64,000 bases of DNA, from contig CAJFLB010000005.1 of the NCBI GenBank assembly GCA_904387305.1, positions 6,704 through 70,703 of the forward strand, written 5' to 3'. Positions 1 to 8,672 of this stretch are shown piece by piece. This stretch comes from an uncultured Clostridia bacterium. GTDB lineage: Bacteria; Bacillota; Clostridia; TANB77; CAG-508. Position 1 is the stretch's first letter. Every line of letters starts with the position of its first letter. Below the pieces are notes generated by a model. It ran no database searches. It was not told the origin of the DNA and saw only the letters and a program-made list of their open reading frames with translations. A program made the translations under genes and the position numbers.

Positions 1-2
1 GA

Positions 3-725
3 CAATACTATGTATATGTTGCGGCTAGAGAAGCAGGAACTACAAGAAATTGGGTAATACTAGATGGACCAACAGAAATTGAAACACCACCATTACCTTC
101 TTTAGGGAATAGAATTTCAATTAATCCATTTTCATACACTAGTACAGATTATCATATTCAAGTAAATGCATTAGATACAATGCTTCATAATGGTGTGCAA
201 AGGACAATTCGATTTTATGTAGGAGAAGTAACAGATGAAAATTTGTTGAAAAAATTAAGTGAAAATAAAGAAAGTGCATATGATGAACTTTTACAATATG
301 CAAAAGAACAAGAACCAAATTTACAAGAAGATAGTTTTCAAGATACTAAAACTGAAATATTAGATTACAATATAGTAGCAGATTATCCAATAGAAAATGG
401 AAAATATTATTTCATACATTCTATATTAGATAATGAAAATGGTACCTATAATGATGTAGAAGATATAGAGATATATAGTGGTGTTCGTTCATCTCAAGGT
501 GTAAGGCTTGCAGGTTTTGAATATAATGGAACCCAAGAAAATCCACAAGATCAAAATGAAAATTCAGTTAATAACGGAAATACAACTAATAACGATAATA
601 CAATAGCAACTAAACCATTACCAAATGCAGGAAGTTCAATAGTAGCAATCGTTATATTAATTGTAACAATTACATGTGTTGCAATATTATATATGAAAAA
701 TAAAGAGTATAAAGGCATTAAGTAG
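3..725 (+). CDS. Cell-wall-anchored surface protein, C-terminal part (5' end outside window)
   Basis: Frame is open from the window edge (QYYVYVAAREAGTT...), so the Met at 180 in the ORF track is internal. C-terminus is a sortase-type sorting signal: LPNAG, hydrophobic SSIVAIVILIVTITCVAILY, basic tail KNKEYKGIK. Confidence 0.6.
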   Translation, partial: QYYVYVAAREAGTTRNWVILDGPTEIETPPLPSLGNRISINPFSYTSTDYHIQVNALDTMLHNGVQRTIRFYVGEVTDENLLKKLSENKESAYDELLQYAKEQEPNLQEDSFQDTKTEILDYNIVADYPIENGKYYFIHSILDNENGTYNDVEDIEIYSGVRSSQGVRLAGFEYNGTQENPQDQNENSVNNGNTTNNDNTIATKPLPNAGSSIVAIVILIVTITCVAILYMKNKEYKGIK

Positions 726-766
726 CATGAACCATATGGAAAAAAATTAAAATAGGGGAAGTTATT

Positions 767-1495
767 ATGAAAAACATAAAAGAAAACAAAGGAATTGCTT
801 TAGTTACGTTGATAATTATTATTGTGATTGCAATTATTATAATAGGAATAAGCATTTTTTTAATAGTTAAAAACAATCAAGAAAATACAAATCAAAATAC
901 ATTAAGTTCTAATATTTCTGAAGTAGAAAATTATGAAAATACAGAAGAAACAGATGAAAATGTATATGAATCAACAGAAAGTGAAGAAACAGAAGAATTA
1001 GATGAAGAAATTTCATGGAAATCGTTGTTCCCAGATGGTGGAAATAGAACAACAATTACTTTTAAAGATGATGATGACGATATGAAAGCCTTTAAATTGG
1101 ATTATCCAGAAAATTACGAATTAAATGTATGGCAAAGAGATTATGAAGGACAAACAGTGAAAGATTTTATAGAAAAAAATGGTGATGTACAAAATAATGT
1201 GTGGGTTGAAAAAGAATATGTTACATTCCAAGTATATATAGAAACTTCTCAAGTTTCTGAGAATGAAACATTTACACAGAGAGCACAAAGAAAAAATCCA
1301 GAAGGATTTGCTTTAGGAACAGAAGAACATCCAGCATGGGCATATCAAGATGGTGGTGTGATAAACCTTTACTATCAAGGTGCACAAAATTATGCACTTG
1401 TTATGAGATATAATAATTCAACTTCAGTCAATAAATATGGTGCACAAGCAGTAGCAGAATTTTTATATAATATGATAACATATACGGAAAATTAA
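767..1495 (+). CDS. Hypothetical membrane-anchored acidic protein
   Basis: ATG preceded by GGGGAAG; one N-terminal hydrophobic helix (ALVTLIIIIVIAIIIIGISIFLIV), then an E/T-rich linker and a globular C-terminal part with no motif I recognise. Confidence 0.55.
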   Translation: MKNIKENKGIALVTLIIIIVIAIIIIGISIFLIVKNNQENTNQNTLSSNISEVENYENTEETDENVYESTESEETEELDEEISWKSLFPDGGNRTTITFKDDDDDMKAFKLDYPENYELNVWQRDYEGQTVKDFIEKNGDVQNNVWVEKEYVTFQVYIETSQVSENETFTQRAQRKNPEGFALGTEEHPAWAYQDGGVINLYYQGAQNYALVMRYNNSTSVNKYGAQAVAEFLYNMITYTEN

Positions 1496-1501
1496 AAGTT
1501 A

Positions 1502-1536
1502 ATTACTCTATATCAAAATATAGAGTAATTTTTTTT
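1502..1536 (+). terminator. Rho-independent terminator after 767..1495
   Basis: ATTACTCTATA / TATAGAGTAAT stem, 6-nt loop, followed by TTTTTTT. Confidence 0.75.
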
Positions 1537-1565
1537 CTTGAATAAGAAACTTTAGGAAATTTTTA

Positions 1566-1574
1566 TGATATAAT
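1566..1574 (+). promoter_or_regulatory. Possible extended -10 promoter element for ogg
   Basis: TGATATAAT (TGnTATAAT form) about 95 nt upstream of the ogg start; no convincing -35. Confidence 0.3.
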
Positions 1575-1669
1575 TTAATCAAAATATAAAAAAGTTAAAA
1601 AATTACAGTATGAAAAGTGTTAAATCAAAATGCGTTATTTTTAACTAGATTGAAGGAATGAAATAAAAA

Positions 1670-2539
1670 ATGAAAAAGCAACAATACATATTAAAAAATC
1701 CAGAAACTTTTAACTTGAAAGACATATTTGAATGTGGACAATGTTTTCGATGGAATGAACAAGAAGATGGAAGTTATACAGGCATATGGAAAGAAAATGT
1801 GGTAAATATCCAAAAAGAAGGACAAGATTTTGTATTTACTGGTATATGTGAAAATAATAATTTAGAAGAGGAAATACAGAAATATTTTGATTTAGATAGA
1901 AATTATGAAGAAATAAAAAAAGAGCTATCAAAAAAAGATGAATATATGAAAACAAGTATTGCATATGGTAAAGGTATCAGAATCTTAAACCAAGATTTAT
2001 GGGAAACCATTATATCATTTATCATATCTGCTAATAATAATATACCAAGAATAAAGGGCATTATTGAAAGATTATCAAAAGCATATGGAAATAAAATAGA
2101 ATGGAAAGGAAAAGCATATTATACATTTCCTAGTCCTAATCAGCTAAAAGATGTATCAGTAGAAGAATATAGAAAATTAGGATTAGGATTTAGAGATGTA
2201 AGGTTATATGAAACTACAAAAATGATATTGGAAGGAAAAGTGGATTTAGAAGAATTGAAGAACAATCCAAATACAGTAGAAGTAAGAGAAAAATTGTTAA
2301 CCCTTTTAGGAGTAGGACCAAAGGTTGCAGACTGTATATTACTATTTTCTGATTTAAAACGTTTAGAAGTATTTCCAATCGATGTTTGGGTAAGAAGAGT
2401 AATGAATGATTTATATATTCAAAATGAGGATGAGACAAAAGTAAGTAAAAAAGAAATTGAAAAAATAGCAAGAAACAAATTTGGGAATTTAGCAGGTTTA
2501 GCGCAACAATATTTGTTTTATTGGAGAAGAGAAGCTTGA
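1670..2539 (+). CDS. ogg: 8-oxoguanine DNA glycosylase (HhH-GPD superfamily, clostridial Ogg type)
   Basis: HhH-GPD signature LLTLLGVGPKVADCILLF followed by PIDVWVRR; N-terminal ECGQCFRW typical of this Ogg class. Confidence 0.8.
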   Translation: MKKQQYILKNPETFNLKDIFECGQCFRWNEQEDGSYTGIWKENVVNIQKEGQDFVFTGICENNNLEEEIQKYFDLDRNYEEIKKELSKKDEYMKTSIAYGKGIRILNQDLWETIISFIISANNNIPRIKGIIERLSKAYGNKIEWKGKAYYTFPSPNQLKDVSVEEYRKLGLGFRDVRLYETTKMILEGKVDLEELKNNPNTVEVREKLLTLLGVGPKVADCILLFSDLKRLEVFPIDVWVRRVMNDLYIQNEDETKVSKKEIEKIARNKFGNLAGLAQQYLFYWRREA

Positions 2540-2547
2540 GGAATTTT

Positions 2548-2988
2548 TGTCCAATTGGGGACGTTTCTGTTTGGGACATTTTGAGGGATTTTGGGGAAAG
2601 ACTCATTTTTCCCTTTTAATATTCTTATCTATCTAAAAATATAGAAGGTAAAGTCATTACACAATTTTGTATAAGCTAAATTTTCATAGAAATTCTACAA
2701 TAAAACTGTAATTTTTTTTGCATTGTTACTTTTTATAAAAAGTAAAATGCAAAGAAAATCACAGTTTTATTAACAATTTCTAAATTCAAATTTAGATACG
2801 CAAAATTGTTGTATTTTTTTACATTCTATATTTTTTATAAACTTAATAAATAAAAAAGGAAAAAATGAGCAAACTATTCCCCAAAATCCCTCAAAATGTC
2901 CCAAACAGAAACGTCCCCAATTGGACAAAATGAGTCCGTCTCCAAAATCCCTCAAAATATTCCAAACAGAAACGTACTCAATTGAACA
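2548..2988. mobile_element. Composite nested palindromic (MITE-like) element, family F1 termini around an F3 hairpin
   Basis: Left end is module A TGTCCAATTGGGGACGTTTCTGTTTGGGACATTTT (2548-2582) plus module B GAGGGATTTTGGGGAAAGACTCATTTTTCCC (2583-2613). Right end 2858-2988 carries two inverted A/B units, the outer one degenerate. The interior is a long hairpin also present at 46334-46505. Confidence 0.6.
2635..2836. repeat. F3 long inverted repeat, copy 1 (nested inside the F1 composite)
   Basis: AAAAATATAGAAGGTAAAGTCATTACACAATTTTGTATAAGCTAAATTTTCATAGAAATTCTACAA pairs with ...AATTTCTAAATTCAAATTTAGATACGCAAAATTGTTGTATTTTTTTACATTCTATATTTTT. An AT-rich inner hairpin sits at about 2705-2765. Confidence 0.6.
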
Positions 2989-3043
2989 AAAGATATTGTA
3001 AAACAAAAATAGGTATGATAGAATTTGAAACAAGGAGGGAAAG

Positions 3044-3961
3044 ATGGTTTATACAATTACATTTAATCCAGCATTAGATTATATAACACAAGTTGAAAAT
3101 TTTAGAATTGGTGAAATAAATAGAACAAAAACGGAAACAATATTACCAGGAGGAAAAGGACTTAATGTTTCTATTGTACTAAAAAACTTAAAAATTGAAA
3201 ATACAGCACTTGGTTTTGTGGCAGGATTTACAGGAGAAGAACTAATACACAAAATGGAGTCACAAGGTGTAAAAACAGATTTTGTTAAAGTAGAAAAAGG
3301 AATAACAAGAATCAATATTAAAATTAGTTCTATTCATGAAAAAAAGGTAGAAGAAACAGCTTTAAATGGAATGGGACCACAAATTACAAAAAACGATATT
3401 GAAGTATTATTTGAGAAAATAGAAAAGATGTCAACAAAAGATATTGTAATTCTATCAGGAAGTATACCTAAAAATATTGATAATGATATATATGAAAAAA
3501 TATGTAAAAAACTTAATGAAAAAGAAATTACATTTATAGTAGATTCAACACAAGAATTACTTATGAATGTATTGAAGTATAATCCTTTTTTAATAAAACC
3601 TAACAAAGAAGAATTAGAAGAAACATTAAATTGTAAAATATCAACAAAAGAAGATATAATCGATGCAGCCAAAAAATTAAAAGAAATGGGGGCGCAAAAT
3701 GTTTTAGTATCATTAGGAAATGATGGGGCATTGTTATTAACAAAAGATAATAACACATATTATTCAAAAGCGCCTAGAGGACAAGTTGTCAGTACGGTTG
3801 GATCTGGAGATTCAATGGTAGCAGGCTTTTTAGCAGGATATTATCAAACTCAAAATTATGAGCATGCATTAAAAACAGGAGTGGCAGCTGGAAGTGCAAG
3901 TGCATTTTCAGTAGAACTTGCGACAAAAGAGGATGTTGATTTACTTTTAAAACAATTATAA
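3044..3961 (+). CDS. fruK: 1-phosphofructokinase (PfkB family)
   Basis: AGGAGGG RBS; FNPALDY N-terminus, GGKGLNVS, C-terminal GSGDSMVAGF motif; directly upstream of the fructose PTS gene. Confidence 0.9.
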   Translation: MVYTITFNPALDYITQVENFRIGEINRTKTETILPGGKGLNVSIVLKNLKIENTALGFVAGFTGEELIHKMESQGVKTDFVKVEKGITRINIKISSIHEKKVEETALNGMGPQITKNDIEVLFEKIEKMSTKDIVILSGSIPKNIDNDIYEKICKKLNEKEITFIVDSTQELLMNVLKYNPFLIKPNKEELEETLNCKISTKEDIIDAAKKLKEMGAQNVLVSLGNDGALLLTKDNNTYYSKAPRGQVVSTVGSGDSMVAGFLAGYYQTQNYEHALKTGVAAGSASAFSVELATKEDVDLLLKQL

Positions 3962-4068
3962 GAAGCCTAACCTGGTTGTATACGGAAAAATCTTATATAG
4001 GGTTAGGATAAAAGCCAATTTTTCCTATACAATAATAATAAAAATTAACAAAAGAAAGGGGTAAGAGA

Positions 4069-6006
4069 ATGAAAATTACAGATTTACTTAGCGAAAAGGC
4101 CATTAATCTGCATGGAAAAGCAAATAGTAAAGAAGAAGCGATTATTCAATTAGTAGATTTAATGGTAGAAAACGAAAATATTAACGATAAGGAAGCCTAC
4201 AAACAAGCAGTACTAAAAAGAGAGGAAGAAGGAACCACAGGAATTGGTGAAGGAATTGCTATCCCTCACGGAAAAACAGATGCAGTAGAAAAACCTGGTT
4301 TAGCTGCAATGATCATTCCAGATGGAGTGGATTTTAAGTCATTAGATGGAAGTCCAGCAAAATTACTATTTCTAATAGCAGCATCAAATACAAAAGACAA
4401 TGTGCATTTAGATGTTTTAAGTAGATTATCTACACTATTAATGGATACAGAATTTAGACAAGCATTATATGATGCAAAATCACCAAAAGAATTTTTAGAA
4501 TGCATAGATAAAGCAGAAACGGAAAAATTAGGAGAAGAAAAAAATTCAAATGATCAATATGAAATTTTAGCAATTACGAGCTGCCCAACAGGTATTGCAC
4601 ATACGTATATGGCAGCAGAGGCTTTAGAACAAATGGGAGAACAATTAGGACATAAAGTAAAAGTAGAAACACATGGATCTTCAGGTGTAAAAAATAAATT
4701 CACAAAAGAAGAAATCAAAAATGCAAAGGGAATTATTATTGCATCAGATACAAACATTGATTTATCAAGATTTGATGGTAAAAAATTGATAAAAGCAAAA
4801 GTAGCAGATGGAATCAATAAACCAAAAGAACTAATTGAAAATGTATTATCATCAAATGCCAAAACATATCATTCAGACAACAAAAATAAATCTGAAGAAA
4901 ATGATGATGAACAAAAAGAAAAAATAGGAACAAAAATTTATAAACACTTGATGAATGGTGTTACACATATGTTACCATTTGTTGTTGGTGGAGGAATTTT
5001 AATAGCCATTGCATTTTTATTGGATGATTATTCAATAGATCCTTCAAACTTTGGTATGAATACACCAATTGCAGCATTTTTTAAAACAATAGGAAATGCA
5101 GCATTTAATGTTATGTTATATATACTTGCAGGTTATATTGCAATGAGTATTGCAGATAGACCAGGGTTAGCAGTTGGATTTGTTGGAGGAATTTTAGCAG
5201 TACAAGGAACAACATTTGAATCATTAACAAATGGTGATATTACTTTAGTAAGTTCAGGATTTTTAGGAGCATTGATTGCAGGTTTTGTTGGTGGATATAT
5301 TGTTTTAGGATTAAAAAAATTATGCAGTTATTTACCAGACAGTATAGAAGGTATTAAGACGATTCTTTTATACCCTGTATTTGGAATCTTGCTTATGGGA
5401 ACATTTATGTTATTAATTAATCCTTATGTAGCATCAATCAATACTGCAATTAATGATTATTTATCTTCAATGAGTAATGCAAACAAAATTATATTAGGAG
5501 CTATATTAGGTGGAATGATGGCTGTGGATTTAGGAGGACCTATCAATAAAGCAGCATACACATTCGGAACAGGAATGTTAGCATCAGGACAATATGAAAT
5601 CATGGCAGCTGTTATGGCTGGGGGAATGGTTCCACCACTTGCCATTGCACTTTTAGCAACTTTATTCCCAAGAAAAATTCCTAAAAAAGATAAACAAGCA
5701 GCATATGTTAATTATATTATGGGATTATCATTTATATCAGAAGGAGCAATTCCTTTTGCCTCAGCAGATCCATTAAGAACAATTCCATCATTTGTTATTG
5801 GATCAGCAGTTACAGGAGCACTTTCAATGTGGTTTAGTTGTACATTAATGGCACCACATGGAGGCATATTTGTAATAGCAACAATAGGACATCCTGTAAA
5901 ATATTTATTAGCAATTGCAATAGGGGCAATTATTTCTATGTTAATTATGGCAAAATTAAAAAAGAATTTGCCTGAATATCAAAAACAAAAAAGTAAGGCA
6001 AATTAA
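4069..6006 (+). CDS. fruA: PTS fructose-specific EIIABC component
   Basis: EIIA-2 domain with GIAIPHGK, EIIB with AITSCPTGIAHTYMAAEAL (phospho-Cys), then a multi-helix EIIC domain. Confidence 0.9.
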   Translation: MKITDLLSEKAINLHGKANSKEEAIIQLVDLMVENENINDKEAYKQAVLKREEEGTTGIGEGIAIPHGKTDAVEKPGLAAMIIPDGVDFKSLDGSPAKLLFLIAASNTKDNVHLDVLSRLSTLLMDTEFRQALYDAKSPKEFLECIDKAETEKLGEEKNSNDQYEILAITSCPTGIAHTYMAAEALEQMGEQLGHKVKVETHGSSGVKNKFTKEEIKNAKGIIIASDTNIDLSRFDGKKLIKAKVADGINKPKELIENVLSSNAKTYHSDNKNKSEENDDEQKEKIGTKIYKHLMNGVTHMLPFVVGGGILIAIAFLLDDYSIDPSNFGMNTPIAAFFKTIGNAAFNVMLYILAGYIAMSIADRPGLAVGFVGGILAVQGTTFESLTNGDITLVSSGFLGALIAGFVGGYIVLGLKKLCSYLPDSIEGIKTILLYPVFGILLMGTFMLLINPYVASINTAINDYLSSMSNANKIILGAILGGMMAVDLGGPINKAAYTFGTGMLASGQYEIMAAVMAGGMVPPLAIALLATLFPRKIPKKDKQAAYVNYIMGLSFISEGAIPFASADPLRTIPSFVIGSAVTGALSMWFSCTLMAPHGGIFVIATIGHPVKYLLAIAIGAIISMLIMAKLKKNLPEYQKQKSKAN

Positions 6007-6074
6007 GATAAATGCTTGAAAAAGTTAAATCTTTTTAACTAAATTTGAGCTCTAGGAAAGGAAAGTGAATCATT

Positions 6075-6341
6075 ATGGTAAAAGATACAATTATATTAAA
6101 AAATGAAACAGGATTACATGCAAGACCAGCAGGTGAATTAGCAAAACTTGCTGCATCATTTCAAAGTACAATAAAATTAAATGTCAATGGTAAAACAGTT
6201 GATGCAAAATCAATCTTAGGAATCATGGCAGCAGGAATCAAATATAATACAGAAATTGAAGTAGAATGTGATGGAGAAGATGAAGAAAAAGCATTATCAG
6301 AAATCAAAAAAGGTTTTGAAAATAATTTTGGAGAAGAATAA
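6075..6341 (+). CDS. ptsH: Phosphocarrier protein HPr
   Basis: 88 aa; GLHARPA (His15 site) and KSILGIM (Ser46 site). Confidence 0.95.
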   Translation: MVKDTIILKNETGLHARPAGELAKLAASFQSTIKLNVNGKTVDAKSILGIMAAGIKYNTEIEVECDGEDEEKALSEIKKGFENNFGEE

Positions 6342-6350
6342 CAAGATTTT

Positions 6351-6548
6351 AGTTACAGTTTAACTATTCTTTCTGGAGGTCATATATATTATATTTTAAG
6401 CGGGTTTCGTGGGGACCGACACGCTACATATTCTTAATAAATCAGCGACAGTCCCGTGGGAGCTGATTTAGTTAGAATATGTAAAGTGTTGGGATAGCGA
6501 AAAATATAATATATATGACCTCCAGAAAGAGAATACTAAACTGTAACT
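6351..6548. repeat. 198-bp long inverted repeat (LIR-1) in the ptsH-ptsI spacer
   Basis: Arms AGTTACAGTTTAACTATTCTTTCTGGAGGTCATATATATTATATTT (6351-6396) and AAATATAATATATATGACCTCCAGAAAGAGAATACTAAACTGTAACT (6502-6548). Inner hairpin ACATATTCTTAATAAATCAGC / GCTGATTTAGTTAGAATATGT. G+C-richer centre contains GGGGAC and GTCCC. Confidence 0.75.
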
Positions 6549-6606
6549 GTTAAAGGTTTATAGGTTTATCCGTAAAACCTAAATACATAGATAAGGAATG
6601 ATACAG

Positions 6607-8298
6607 ATGCTAAAAGGAAAAGGAGTTTCAACTGGTATAGGATTTGGAAATATAGTTGTTTTAAAAAAAGTAGAAAGAAAAATAGAAAAGAAAACAATAG
6701 AAGGTGAGCAAATAGAGCAAGAATTAGCAAGAGTTCACAAAGCATTAGAAGAAGTTATCAATGAAACCGAAATACAAATGAAAAATATGAGTGGTACAGA
6801 AGCAGATATCATGCAAGCATATGTCATGATTATGCAAGACCCTACATTAATATCAGAAACAGAAAAAGCCATTAAAGATTCAAATTATAATGCAGAATAT
6901 GCTGTAGAAGTTGGATTTAATAGTATCATACAAATTTTTGAAAGCATGGATGATGAATATATGGCTTCAAGATCTAGAGACATTCTAGATATAAAAAATA
7001 GGGTATTAGGAAAATTATTTAAGGAAGAAACGATTGATTTAAGTAATTTAAATCCAAATACAATTATCGTTGCAACAGAATTAACGACTTCTGAAACTGC
7101 AAAACTAGATTTCAAAAATGTATCTGGAATTATTACAGAGCTAGGAGGAGAAAATTCACATACATCTATTATGGCAAGAACACATACAATTCCAGCAATT
7201 ACAAAAGTAGAAGAAGCTACTAAAATATTTAAAGATGGATACAATGTTGCTATTAATGGTACATCTGGAGAGATCTATGTCAATCCAACTGAAGAAGAAA
7301 AACAAAAATTATTAGATTTAGAAAAACAATTGGAACAAGAAAAATCAGAATTAGACAAATATAGAAATGAACAAAGTATTACAAAAGATGGAACAAAAGT
7401 AAAATTATATGCCAATATTGGACTTCCAGCAGACGCTGAAATTGCAGTAAATAATACAGCAGAGGGTGTTGGATTATTGAGAAGTGAATTTTTATACATG
7501 GATAGTGATACAATGCCATCAGAAGAAAGTCAATTTGAAGCATATAAAAAAGTAGCTGAAATTATGAAAGGTAAAGAAGCTATCATAAGAACATTAGATA
7601 TTGGTGGGGATAAAGAACTAAAATATCTAAAATTAGAAAAAGAAGCAAATCCATTTTTAGGATATAGAGCAATCAGATTATGTTTAGACAATCCAACAAT
7701 TTTTAAAACACAATTAAGAGCTATATTAAGAGCAAGTGCTTTTGGAAAACTAGCAATTATGTTTCCTATGATATCTTCAATAGAAGAATTAAGAGCTGCT
7801 AAACAAGTATTACAGGAATGTAAACAAGAATTAGACAATCAAAATGTTGTATATGACAAAAATATTCAAGTAGGAATCATGATTGAAATTCCATCAGCAG
7901 CCTTAATAGCAGACCAATTAGCCAAAGAATGTGATTTCTTTAGTATAGGAACAAATGATTTGATTCAATATACAGTTGCAGTTGAAAGAGGAAATGAAAA
8001 GATTTCTAAACTATATACCAAATATCATCCTGCAGTCATAAAATTAATTAAAATGGCAATCGATGGAGCACATTCAGCAAACATAATTTGTGGTATGTGT
8101 GGAGAAGCAGCAGGAGATCCAACTTTTATACCACTTCTAGTTGGACTAGGATTAGATGAATTCTCAATGAATTCAAATAATATATTAAGAGCGAGAAGAA
8201 CGATTAATAACTTAGATAAAGAAGCGTGTGTAAAACTTGGTGAAGAAATTTTACAAATGGCATCTGCAGAAGAAGTGGAAAAGAGACTAAAACAATAA
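6607..8298 (+). CDS. ptsI: Phosphoenolpyruvate-protein phosphotransferase (PTS enzyme I)
   Basis: GGENSHTSIMAR (active His), NDLIQY, CGEAAGDP. Start placed at the ATG 9 nt after AAGGA; the track start at 6598 has no spacing to the RBS. Confidence 0.95.
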   Translation: MLKGKGVSTGIGFGNIVVLKKVERKIEKKTIEGEQIEQELARVHKALEEVINETEIQMKNMSGTEADIMQAYVMIMQDPTLISETEKAIKDSNYNAEYAVEVGFNSIIQIFESMDDEYMASRSRDILDIKNRVLGKLFKEETIDLSNLNPNTIIVATELTTSETAKLDFKNVSGIITELGGENSHTSIMARTHTIPAITKVEEATKIFKDGYNVAINGTSGEIYVNPTEEEKQKLLDLEKQLEQEKSELDKYRNEQSITKDGTKVKLYANIGLPADAEIAVNNTAEGVGLLRSEFLYMDSDTMPSEESQFEAYKKVAEIMKGKEAIIRTLDIGGDKELKYLKLEKEANPFLGYRAIRLCLDNPTIFKTQLRAILRASAFGKLAIMFPMISSIEELRAAKQVLQECKQELDNQNVVYDKNIQVGIMIEIPSAALIADQLAKECDFFSIGTNDLIQYTVAVERGNEKISKLYTKYHPAVIKLIKMAIDGAHSANIICGMCGEAAGDPTFIPLLVGLGLDEFSMNSNNILRARRTINNLDKEACVKLGEEILQMASAEEVEKRLKQ

Positions 8299-8333
8299 TG
8301 TCCTTTTGGGGACGTTTCTGTTTGGGACATTTT
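8299..8333 (+). repeat. F1 module A, solo copy flush with the ptsI stop codon
   Basis: TGTCCTTTTGGGGACGTTTCTGTTTGGGACATTTT begins the nucleotide after TAA (8296-8298). Confidence 0.8.
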
Positions 8334-8624
8334 TAGAAAGAAAATAGCAAGAAAATAGCAAGAAAAATCTTGCTATTTTTTATATTGTATAATACAATTT
8401 GTAAAAGATAGTTTAATTTGAAAGGGGTTTCTTTTGAGAGATATACATTTATTCATTATATAGTTTTAAATTAAATAAGAATGAGTAAAATTGAGGCAAT
8501 TCTATGTTATTGTTTTTTTAGAAAAGTTTTAAGATGAACGAGAATAAGCAAAATGATTAATAAATGTAAAAAATTACTAAAGAAAATATGCTAAAATGAA
8601 TAAGTTGAACAAAAGGGTAACATA

Positions 8625-8659
8625 AAAATGTCCCAAACAGAAACGTCCCCAAAAGGACA
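8625..8659 (-). repeat. F1 module A, inverted copy just upstream of the addB RBS
   Basis: AAAATGTCCCAAACAGAAACGTCCCCAAAAGGACA. Its ATG (8628) is in frame with addB and causes the 15-codon extension in the ORF track. Confidence 0.8.
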
Positions 8660-8672
8660 AAAGGAGAAATTT

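Noticed and set aside
767-860. Type IV pilin-like N-terminus (KGIALVTLIIII)
   Set aside because: It lacks the conserved Glu at +5 after the Gly cleavage site, and no pilus assembly genes are nearby. More likely a simple signal-anchor helix.
2214-3033. Track ORFs 2214-2606(-) and 2770-3033(-), plus 8025-8330(-) and 46366-46590(+), several beginning or containing MSQTETSP
   Set aside because: They are read-throughs of repeat modules or antisense to real genes, have no RBS, and are low-complexity. The shared peptide is simply the translation of the F1 module.
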